A DNA stretch of 64,000 nt. It comes from Candidatus Latescibacterota bacterium. Lineage in GTDB: Bacteria; Latescibacterota; UBA2968; UBA8231. The stretch spans positions 2,144,001-2,208,000 of the forward strand of contig CBDCDC010000002.1 in the NCBI GenBank assembly GCA_965215195.1, read 5' to 3'. The position numbers were made by a program, and so were the translations under genes. The notes below the pieces were generated by a model. The model did no database searches and had not been told where the DNA came from. It worked only from the letters and a program-made list of their open reading frames with translations. Shown piece after piece: positions 38,862 to 47,068 of the stretch (position 1 is its first letter; every line of letters begins with the position of its first letter).

Positions 38862-41066
38862 TCAAGGCAGCTTCGTCATCTTTTTCGCTTCCACCCGCCC
38901 ATCAATTTCGACCTTATAGACATACACCCCGGCGGCCACCGCCTTGCCCGCCGCGTCGCGGCCATCCCACACAAACCGATGACTCCCCGCCCCCAGCGGC
39001 CCCTGCCACACCTGCCGCACCCGACGACCCAACACATCGTACACCGCCAGCGACACCTCCGCCGCGTCCGTCGCTAAATCAAGAGGGATCACAACTGCCG
39101 GATTAAACGGATTGGGATAGCTGTCGCCGAGCCGATGTTGCACCGGCCGCGCTGCCGCTGGCGTCATCACCGCCGTCGCCTGCTCTCCCAGCGAATTCTT
39201 GAGTACATGCACTCCACCCAAGATCGGATCCAACACCACCAAGTCGAGATCGCCGTCGTTATCCATATCCCCGGACAGCACGGATCGCCCATTGCCCTCC
39301 AGCCAATGCCGCTCCCCGGCTTGAGTCGGGTTGACACTCCCTCCCCATTCGACAAAGACCCCAAAGCCCGAAGCCCGATCCCCGCCGATAAACACCCAGT
39401 CGTCCACCCCATCGGCGTTGAGATCGCGCACCAGCACCTTCGAGCGCCGCAACAGCCGATCATCATACAGCACCTCGGCTTCTAAGCGGTCTCCGGCTTC
39501 CTTGCTCTGCAAGACGATGCCCTTGCTCCCTTCAACTTGATCGGATGCCACCTCCGTGAGGAAATCCACTTGCCCATCCCCATCAAAATCGCCCACCCCT
39601 AACGTCGATGTATGTTCATCGAATTCAAAGATCGCGCCGCTCTGAGGCTCTTCGCCCAAGGCCCCCACAAACCACCTGTAAATCCCCCTCGACTCCCCGC
39701 GGATCGGCGTCCAAAACACGTCAAGTGTCTCATCGCCCGTAAAGTCGCCAATATGATGGGGTACATCGGTTTCGGAATACGCCACCTCCTCGAAGGTCCA
39801 TACGCCCTGTTCTACATCCCATACCTCTAGCGTGCTATAAAACTCCGCCGTACCCGCTATCGCTTCGTCTAAAGTGCCTTCATACGTAGCCCCTCCTACA
39901 ATTAATTCGGCCTTCCCGTCGCCATCCCAATCCGCCACACTATGAACCCATCTATCGACCTGCACGAGCATCTCGACTTGGAGATCCGGCCCGATAGACC
40001 ACACTTCTGTGCGGAGCTCCCGGTTGCTTCGCGATATCGCGATTTCGTCTTGACCATCGCCCGTCAAATCAGCACCCATCGCCTCTAAGTTCACCCCTGA
40101 GAAGACTAGTACCGTTTCGCCACCAATAGTAACCTCCCTTGGTTCCTCTTCTTCCTGTATAACAGGCCCCCGTTCTAAGGTCCCTTGCCCGTCATTGAGG
40201 GCCATCAGCCAGCCACTTATAGGTCTAGGCCCCTCTGATTCCGTTTCCATTCCCGTTTCCCAGAGGCCAAAAAGGTCTAAGTCGCCATCGCCATCCAAGT
40301 CCGTCAACACGCCCCCTTCCCTGTCGCTTAGATAGCCTTTTCTATGTCCTCTAGCGCCTACTTCTCCTATGCCTAGCGCAATCGGATAGAACACTGGTGA
40401 GGCAAAAAGTCCAGCCCCCTCAGAACGAAAGTAGTACTCTACGTGCGGCGGCGGCAGTTCCCCCTCTATCTGCTCTTCCACGCCCGTCAACTCGATCCAG
40501 TCGATCTCAAACGACTCAACGGCACCCGAACCATCTAGAAAAAAACCGAGTCGAATATTTTTCAATAGGCCCTCCCAGTGGTCTTGATCCGCCAACAACA
40601 GCACCACTTCCTGCCACTCGGTGGTAAAGACTATTCGTTGTCGGGGTTCGGGGCTGTCCTCAAAAAGGCCAAGGCCTACATAGCCTGAAGAGTAGTTTTC
40701 CCAATACATCCAAACCACCCCTTCCGTAGCGCGGTCATGGACGGTGCGGCAGCGGATGCGGACTTGATCGAACAAGCCCGAATCATACCCAATGGTATAA
40801 GAAACCACTTCGACATTCGACTGCCCAGAGGTGGTCAAATTCTCGAGGACGGAGGGCGAGACCGTGATGCGCCACACGCCGTCTTCAACCACCCCCGGAA
40901 ACTGGCTAAATTCACGCGTACCACCCACTTTATGAGTTTCTTTAGGGGTCCACCCTTGCGTCGTCCCATCGTCGAAATCCCATTTGATCGCCTCGGCGGG
41001 ATCGCCCCATAACACCACGCATACAATAACGGCTAGCTTCAACATGAGACCACAGCTCCTTTCCAA
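38862..41066 (-). CDS. FG-GAP/FlgD-CTD secreted protein, paralog 8
   Basis: 734 aa; same framework. Confidence 0.85.
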   Translation of the reverse strand: MERSCGLMLKLAVIVCVVLWGDPAEAIKWDFDDGTTQGWTPKETHKVGGTREFSQFPGVVEDGVWRITVSPSVLENLTTSGQSNVEVVSYTIGYDSGLFDQVRIRCRTVHDRATEGVVWMYWENYSSGYVGLGLFEDSPEPRQRIVFTTEWQEVVLLLADQDHWEGLLKNIRLGFFLDGSGAVESFEIDWIELTGVEEQIEGELPPPHVEYYFRSEGAGLFASPVFYPIALGIGEVGARGHRKGYLSDREGGVLTDLDGDGDLDLFGLWETGMETESEGPRPISGWLMALNDGQGTLERGPVIQEEEEPREVTIGGETVLVFSGVNLEAMGADLTGDGQDEIAISRSNRELRTEVWSIGPDLQVEMLVQVDRWVHSVADWDGDGKAELIVGGATYEGTLDEAIAGTAEFYSTLEVWDVEQGVWTFEEVAYSETDVPHHIGDFTGDETLDVFWTPIRGESRGIYRWFVGALGEEPQSGAIFEFDEHTSTLGVGDFDGDGQVDFLTEVASDQVEGSKGIVLQSKEAGDRLEAEVLYDDRLLRRSKVLVRDLNADGVDDWVFIGGDRASGFGVFVEWGGSVNPTQAGERHWLEGNGRSVLSGDMDNDGDLDLVVLDPILGGVHVLKNSLGEQATAVMTPAAARPVQHRLGDSYPNPFNPAVVIPLDLATDAAEVSLAVYDVLGRRVRQVWQGPLGAGSHRFVWDGRDAAGKAVAAGVYVYKVEIDGRVEAKKMTKLP

Positions 41067-41129
41067 CAGGTAAAATTCCGACCGACCGCGTACTATCCGT
41101 GCAAAAAAAAAAGAGCACCGGCTTAATCA

Positions 41130-41232
41130 CTGACGTTACGCAGTTTTCCAGAAAATTCTCAATTTCACCCCAACATCTTGGGTCAACAGGCTTCGATAAA
41201 CCACAAGATAGAGAGCGACTGCGTAACGTCAG
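41130..41232. mobile_element. 103-bp MITE
   Basis: 15-bp perfect TIR CTGACGTTACGCAGT / ACTGCGTAACGTCAG with 7-bp duplication TTAATCA; empty site at about 21067; left end also present at 16079. Confidence 0.85.
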
Positions 41233-41288
41233 TTAATCACTACGATTAAACCGGCCTCTTACCCCTTAGAAGCGGCCTTGATCTCTCC

Positions 41289-41570
41289 CTATGGGCAAAC
41301 GCAGCACTCCCAATGAGAGCATTGTCTCCTGCAGTTCACATCCATCGAACATGTCCTACATTCGCACTCCTTTATCCCATTCGTGTGCACAGCGCAATCT
41401 GCGTTAGACCTACTCTGTGTCCGTGGGTCGGGCTCGCAGGCAGCAGCTTCTCGCGCCCCGAGCAGGATGGCGACCCCGGTGAGGGCACTGATGACCCACC
41501 CGAGCCCCAACCCCTGCCGCATCGGAGCCAAGCCGCTCGACGACGTGAAGAATTCCCTCAAGCTATCCAT
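41289..41570 (-). CDS. Small Cys-rich precursor (93 aa), conserved leader plus 10-Cys core
   Basis: Leader identical to that of 21260-21547 through ILLGA; core CEPDPRTQ...WECCVCP is unrelated at the sequence level. Confidence 0.85.
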   Translation of the reverse strand: MDSLREFFTSSSGLAPMRQGLGLGWVISALTGVAILLGAREAAACEPDPRTQSRSNADCAVHTNGIKECECRTCSMDVNCRRQCSHWECCVCP

Positions 41571-41713
41571 GCTTCTTTCCTCCTGATAACTCCAGTACCT
41601 CCGCGACCCCATGCCGCTACAATACTGGAAGTGAGCGTTGAGCAATGGCCGATACGAGTTTGTATTATCGCACCTCCTTTCGTCTGCATCGGCCTCGCCT
41701 TCGCGGAGTATAT

Positions 41714-41730
41714 ATGCAAGTTCCGTGCCA
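41714..41730 (-). promoter_or_regulatory. Sigma54 (-24/-12) promoter
   Basis: TGGCACGGAACTTGCAT on the minus strand; identical to 21691-21707. Confidence 0.85.
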
Positions 41731-41853
41731 ACAAGCAGGCCACGCACAAAAAAATCCTTTAGGAGGAACCTAAAGGATTGAAAAACATGATACTTAAAAT
41801 TATGGAAAGGGTCTCTCTACGATGCGCGGCCTCAGCCATTGGCGCAAGACAGC

Positions 41854-41945
41854 ATACGATTTTCCGTATTTAATACGATTTTCCGTATTTAATACGATTT
41901 TCCGTATTTAATACGATTTTCCGTATTTAATACGATTTTCCGTAT
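41854..41945. repeat. Five 19-bp tandem units containing the ATACG-N6-CGTAT palindrome; putative enhancer array
   Basis: (ATACGATTTTCCGTATTTA)n starting at 41854, 41873, 41892, 41911 and 41930. Confidence 0.85.
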
Positions 41946-42087
41946 GCACTGAGGCCCCACCATCCCACTTTCGCTCCACAGCATTGAGGCGGGCGAAAGA
42001 AGCCGCGGGATAGACTTAAAGTAAAGCGACCCGCTTTGAAGACTTGGCTTTTGAGTTAGCTCCGGGGCCCTTGTAAAACGTTGCCCT

Positions 42088-45000
42088 CTACTTGCCCGTG
42101 CCGGGCTTTTTCGGTCGGCTTAGTCCATAATGGCGCATGCGGGAGCGCAGCCGTTCCGGGTTCATATTCAACACTTTGGCCGCGCCGCGCTCGCCATAGA
42201 CCATCCAGTTGGTCGCTTGCAGGGCCGCCACAATCTGCTGCTTTTCGTCCATGCCTTCGGCCGGTCCCGTCGCTTCGTCCCCCTCCCCGGTTGGCCGTGC
42301 CGCCGGCGCGAGCAACTTCCTTTCGTCCGCGTCTCCGGCTTGTTGCGCAACCTCCAGCGGCACATCCACCACTCGGATCACGCCCCCCTCGCACAACAAG
42401 ACCGCCCGATGAATCACGTGCTCCAACTCGCGCACATTCCCCGGCCAAGCATACGTCTGCAAGTACGCGACCACCCCGTCGGCTATCGTCGGTGCCGGCC
42501 GCTTGAGCTCTTGGGCATACTGCTCGGCAAAGTGCGCCACGAGCGCCGGTAGATCCTCGGGCCGCTGCCGCAGCGACGGAAGCGTTAACGTGAAGGTGTC
42601 TAAGCGGTAGAACAGGTCTTCGCGGAACGTACGTTCGGCGATGGCCTGCCGCAGGTCGCGGTTGGTCGCCGCAATGACCCGCACATCCACGGGTATAGGC
42701 CGCTGGCCGCCGACGCGGGTCAGGGTCTTCTCCTCTAAGATGTTCAGCAGCACCCGCTGAGACTCCAACGGCAAATCGCCGATTTCGTCCAAAAAGAGGG
42801 TGCCGCCATCGGCCAGTTCAAAGCGGCCAAGCTGGCGAGCATGGGCACTGGTAAAGGCCCCTTTCTCGTGGCCGAACAGTTCGTTTTCGATCAGTCCTGC
42901 CGGGAACGCCCCGCAATTGACGTGGATGAAAGGACGATCTCGGCGGGGGCTGGTGGCGTGGATGGTCTGCGCCAGCACGCCCTTGCCCGTGCCGGTCTCG
43001 CCCAGCACCAGCACCGTCATATCGGTCTCAGCGACCTGCGAGACTTTTTTTAGCGCCTCGTGCATGGCCGGACTGTGGCTCGGCACAACATGCTCAGCCG
43101 CCCCGCCCAGTAGCTCTTCAAAGGCTCGGAGGCGTTCGGTTTTGCTATCCGGGTGGACTTGTATAGCCAAGCCGACCACCTCGGACCGCAGGCTATCGCG
43201 GTCTATGGCCTGCACCTCAAAGCGGTAGTCGCCCACCGGCAGGGCCTTGTACGCCACCGCATCCGCGGCCGTGAACGCGCTCCATGGTTCGGCGGGGCCG
43301 TACCCTACCAAGCGATGGCGATAGCGCATCTGACTCGCACCGCTGCGGAAACTGATGCCTTGGAAGTGAAGGCGGATTTCCGGGGTGTCCTCGGAGCAGG
43401 ATACAGCGTCGGGCATGGCCAAGCGGTGCCCGGCCAGCACCTCGCGGATCACCAACCGCGGCGGCGTGTCGCCCGGCTGGTAGGCCACCAGCCCCGCCCG
43501 CGTCCCAAACCACACCCGACCATCGCGGTCGCACAAAACCGCCTCGACGATGTTGCCGAGCGCAGACGGCCCCAAGCGGATGCTCTGGAAGGTCTCGCCG
43601 TCGTAGCGGAGCACACCCCCGCCGCTGGTCCCAATCCAAATATGGCCCTGCGAGTCGGCCGTCAGCGCCAAGATGCCGTTGGCCGACAGCCCGGAATTGG
43701 TGGTGGTAAAGTGGCGCACCTGCCCGGACGAGAGGTCGAAGGCGAAAAGCCCCTTCGCCGTGCCGACCCACAACGTATTTTGGTGCTCCCACAACACGTG
43801 GACGTAGGCCATCGCCACGGCCTCGGCCCTCGCCACGGGGCGGAATTGACCCTCCTTATAGCAATAGAGCGCTGGTACGCGGCCGAAGAAACCGATCCAG
43901 AACACGCCGTTTTGGTCTTGCAGCAGGGCGCGGCACTCGTCGCCCTCCCACGCGTCGAAGGGCGTGAAGCGGTTGTCTTCTATCCAGCCAAAGCGGCCCT
44001 GGAGCGTACCAAGCCATATACGCCCTTGCTCATCTTCGCACAGCCCGGTGATTTTTTCCGAGTAGGTTTCGCCATCCACCGCGATCGCGTGCGGCGTCTG
44101 ACCCTCCCACTGGTACACCCGGCCGCTCTCCCCCCCGCTCCACACCTGCCCCTCGCCATCCACCATCAGCGCCGAAACGGTTTCAACCTGATCGAGCGGA
44201 CGAATCCGACCGTTTTCCATGCAGGCCATGCCGCTCATCGTGCCAAGCCACAGCCGGCCGGCCGCGTCTTCGCCCAAGTGGAGCACCTCCCGGTCGGGCA
44301 AGCCATTGACTTCGGTGTAGTACTGGATGCTGACCGGATCGCAAAAGACCAGCCCGCCCCCCCAAAGCCCGATCCAGATATTGCCCTCGCGGTCTTCATA
44401 CGTCAGGCGCGTACTCGAAAAGTCAACGTCCAGCAAGTTCGTGGAGAAATGATGCCACGCCTGCCCGTCGTAGCAGATCACCCCTCGACGCGCCATCCAC
44501 AGCCAACCCCGAGCGTCAGCCCGCACGTGCCGCGTCCCCTGCTGCCCGGTGTGTGCGGCCTTACGGCCTACGTCAATGAAGGCCAACTGCTCAGCGTCCG
44601 GATCGTACCGGCCAATCAAGGCTTCGCTACCCGTATAGTGGAAGGCAATCCACAGCGAGCCGGCGGGGTCTTGGGCGAATTTCCACGGCCAGCGCACCGC
44701 CCGCTCGCTGGTATCCATGCGTCGCCCATCCAAGCTGAGGACGCCTCGGGTCCACGTCGCCAGCCACGTGGTGCCGCCCGCGTCCGTAGCCATATCGTAC
44801 ACCCGCCCCAGCGGTTGGCCGCCCACATGCGTTAGGCACTTTGTGCAGCGGCCATCGGCAAACCACGCCACGCCCGCGCCGGTCAGAGCCAACACCGAGC
44901 CATCCGGCTGGGCTTGCAGCCCCAAAATCTCGTTGGAAGGCAGCCCGTGCTCCGTGGTGTACACCTCAAAGCCGCGCCCGTCGTACGCGGCGATTCCCCC

Positions 45001-45252
45001 GCCCAACGTGCCGAACAGCAGCCGCCCGTCGGCTTCCTCGGCAATGGCCATGACCGTCAGATTCGGCAGGCCATCTTCGAGGCCAAAGCGATCGAATCGC
45101 GCACTGTCGAACCGGCTGACGCCGCCGTCGGCCGTGGCGATCCAGAGAAAGCCTTGGCGGTCTTGGTAGAGGTCTTCGACGTGCATCCCGCCCAGCCCGT
45201 CAAAGACGGTGTACTGGGTGCTTAACACATGCTCAAAGGATAGGGCGCTCAT
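42088..45252 (-). CDS. Sigma54-dependent activator with N-terminal two-component-regulator propeller and Y_Y_Y sensor domains
   Basis: Repeats D..G.LW(I/L)GT..G; Y_Y_Y (YRHRL...WS...[12 protein letters not shown]); [36 protein letters not shown]; C-terminal HTH. Confidence 0.9.
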   Translation of the reverse strand: MSALSFEHVLSTQYTVFDGLGGMHVEDLYQDRQGFLWIATADGGVSRFDSARFDRFGLEDGLPNLTVMAIAEEADGRLLFGTLGGGIAAYDGRGFEVYTTEHGLPSNEILGLQAQPDGSVLALTGAGVAWFADGRCTKCLTHVGGQPLGRVYDMATDAGGTTWLATWTRGVLSLDGRRMDTSERAVRWPWKFAQDPAGSLWIAFHYTGSEALIGRYDPDAEQLAFIDVGRKAAHTGQQGTRHVRADARGWLWMARRGVICYDGQAWHHFSTNLLDVDFSSTRLTYEDREGNIWIGLWGGGLVFCDPVSIQYYTEVNGLPDREVLHLGEDAAGRLWLGTMSGMACMENGRIRPLDQVETVSALMVDGEGQVWSGGESGRVYQWEGQTPHAIAVDGETYSEKITGLCEDEQGRIWLGTLQGRFGWIEDNRFTPFDAWEGDECRALLQDQNGVFWIGFFGRVPALYCYKEGQFRPVARAEAVAMAYVHVLWEHQNTLWVGTAKGLFAFDLSSGQVRHFTTTNSGLSANGILALTADSQGHIWIGTSGGGVLRYDGETFQSIRLGPSALGNIVEAVLCDRDGRVWFGTRAGLVAYQPGDTPPRLVIREVLAGHRLAMPDAVSCSEDTPEIRLHFQGISFRSGASQMRYRHRLVGYGPAEPWSAFTAADAVAYKALPVGDYRFEVQAIDRDSLRSEVVGLAIQVHPDSKTERLRAFEELLGGAAEHVVPSHSPAMHEALKKVSQVAETDMTVLVLGETGTGKGVLAQTIHATSPRRDRPFIHVNCGAFPAGLIENELFGHEKGAFTSAHARQLGRFELADGGTLFLDEIGDLPLESQRVLLNILEEKTLTRVGGQRPIPVDVRVIAATNRDLRQAIAERTFREDLFYRLDTFTLTLPSLRQRPEDLPALVAHFAEQYAQELKRPAPTIADGVVAYLQTYAWPGNVRELEHVIHRAVLLCEGGVIRVVDVPLEVAQQAGDADERKLLAPAARPTGEGDEATGPAEGMDEKQQIVAALQATNWMVYGERGAAKVLNMNPERLRSRMRHYGLSRPKKPGTGK

Positions 45253-45285
45253 ATTGTCCTTTCGGCGTTCGTTAGGGGGTAGGTC

Positions 45286-46862
45286 CTACATCCCCCACAC
45301 CTCAATCACCACCCCACTAGACGACGTCTGGCGGCAGTGGAACACCTTGTCGTCCCACCGCCGCCCTTCGCGCCGGTCGAATATCACCAGATGACCCGCC
45401 TCGGCCTCACAGCAATCCATGTAGGCCGCCGTCTGTTCCAATCCCTCGGCGATAGTCTGCTCCAAGCTCTGGTGCAGAATTTTGCATTCGATCACCACTT
45501 TAAGCATCCGCTCGCCCTGCGGCCACACGATCAGCAAATCCGTCCGCCGCCGACCCAATCCATATTCCCGCTCAATCCGACCGCCGCTGTTGACGATGCG
45601 CTGCAAAAACGCTTGGAGCAGCAACTGCGGCCCCGCTTCCTTGTACTGGAACCGCTCCACCCAAGGCTCCGAATGCTCGCGAAAAAACCCTTGGAACGCC
45701 GCCAGCAACTTGCCCATGTCCAAGCTCCCGTCGGCATCCACATACCACGTCATGTCTTGGGCTAACGTCGCTTGGGTGGTATAGGTCAGTTCCCGCGGAA
45801 TGACTTCGCGGTAAAGCGGATTGGCGATGCACATGGGGTCGTCCATGCTGATGAGGCCCAAATCGCGGACGTACATCAAGTCGTCCGGGGGCAGCGAGCG
45901 CACCTCGGTGCCGCTCAGCAGCGGCTCAACCACCCGCCGCACCCGCTCCTCTTGCAGCTTGTCGGCCAACTGATCCAAGTGCGTCTCGCGCCGCAGGATG
46001 AGCTGCTCTTGCGCGGCGCGGATCGCCTCGGCCGCGACCGGACGATGCCACGCCGCGGCAAATTCGCCGTGGAAACAGGCTTCGTCGGCCAGCGCGTTGA
46101 CCAGCCACGGCTGCCCTTGCGTCTGCGTCCAGACCACGTCCAGCGCCTCGGCGGTAAACTGTTGGCCCGTTTCTGCGGTGTGCTGACCCAGCAACGCCAG
46201 CACCTCCTCCCGCGAAAAATCCCCCAACCGCAGCGACCGCGCCTTGATGTTGAACGCACTGCCGCCAGTGATGATCGCGTTCTCGGCCGTCGATTGAATG
46301 CGGTAGTCGCGCACATCGCGCACCCCGCACAGCACCACGCTCTGCGGAAAGTCCTCGGGACGCAAATCGTAGCCGGCCCGCAATTGCCGCAGTACCGACA
46401 CGAGGGTGTCGCCGACCAGTGCGTCGATCTCGTCAATCAGCAGCACCAGCGGCGTCGGCTCGGCTCCCGCCCAGCGGCTGAGCACCTGCCGGAGGGCTCC
46501 ATCGGGACCGTACCGCTGCAACGCATCGAACCAGATTTCCTCGACAAACTCGTCTTGCAGGGCCTGCCGGGCGCGCAAGGCCAATTCGCCGAGGATCGCC
46601 CGCATGGCGCGCTGGGTATCTTCCCGGCCCGCCTGTCCGACCTCGACATTGACATAGGCGCAGCGGTAGGCCCCTTCGGCATTGAGCAGCTCGCGCAACG
46701 CCAGCGGGCCGAGGTCTTGCCCGTCTGACGCGGCGCGTACAGGACGAAGTACTTCTCGTCCCGCACCAGTGCAAGCACCTCGGCCAAGTTCAGCCGATCC
46801 AACGGCGCGATGTAGTAGTGCTTTGTGGGCTTGACCGGACCAGCCGTATTAAAAAAACGCAT
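45286..46862 (-). pseudogene. AAA-like ATPase with C-terminal PD-(D/E)XK-like domain, frameshifted near 46706
   Basis: MRFFNTAGP...APRQTGKTS (Walker A) in one frame; LLIDEID and REYGLGRRRTDL...IECK in another; one added base restores TSALLALRE. Confidence 0.8.
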
Positions 46863-47068
46863 CTCGTTTCTCTTGGGGAGCTACGTAAACGACACTAAGG
46901 GTTGCTAACACGTGCTCAAAGTTTACCGATATTCGTTTTAACTCAACAGCTTCTAATGGCGCGAGCGAGGCTAGCATAACTGACTTCACCCTGCCTTCGC
47001 AGGGGCAGGCTCTGCGAAGGCAGGGGGTGCGTAACATCAGTGAATAAACCTACCTGCCAAATGTCCCC

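Noticed and set aside
36119-41570. Canonical Tad/type IV pilus locus
   Set aside because: No assembly ATPase, TadB/C, secretin or Glu+5 pilin in the window; only the peptidase and the leader resemblance
41571-41747. N-terminal extensions of the small precursors given by the ORF track (starts 41747 and 21622)
   Set aside because: The 41747 start lies upstream of the sigma54 promoter; the MDSLREF ATG has an AGGAGG SD and aligns with the paralog starts
41854-41945. 19-bp repeats as a CRISPR array
   Set aside because: Head-to-tail units with no unique spacers, too short, no cas genes; position fits an enhancer
43153-44835. 560-aa plus-strand ORF, and similar long antisense ORFs at 45772, 56054 and 22123
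   Set aside because: Antisense shadows of well-supported GC-rich genes, with no recognisable motifs
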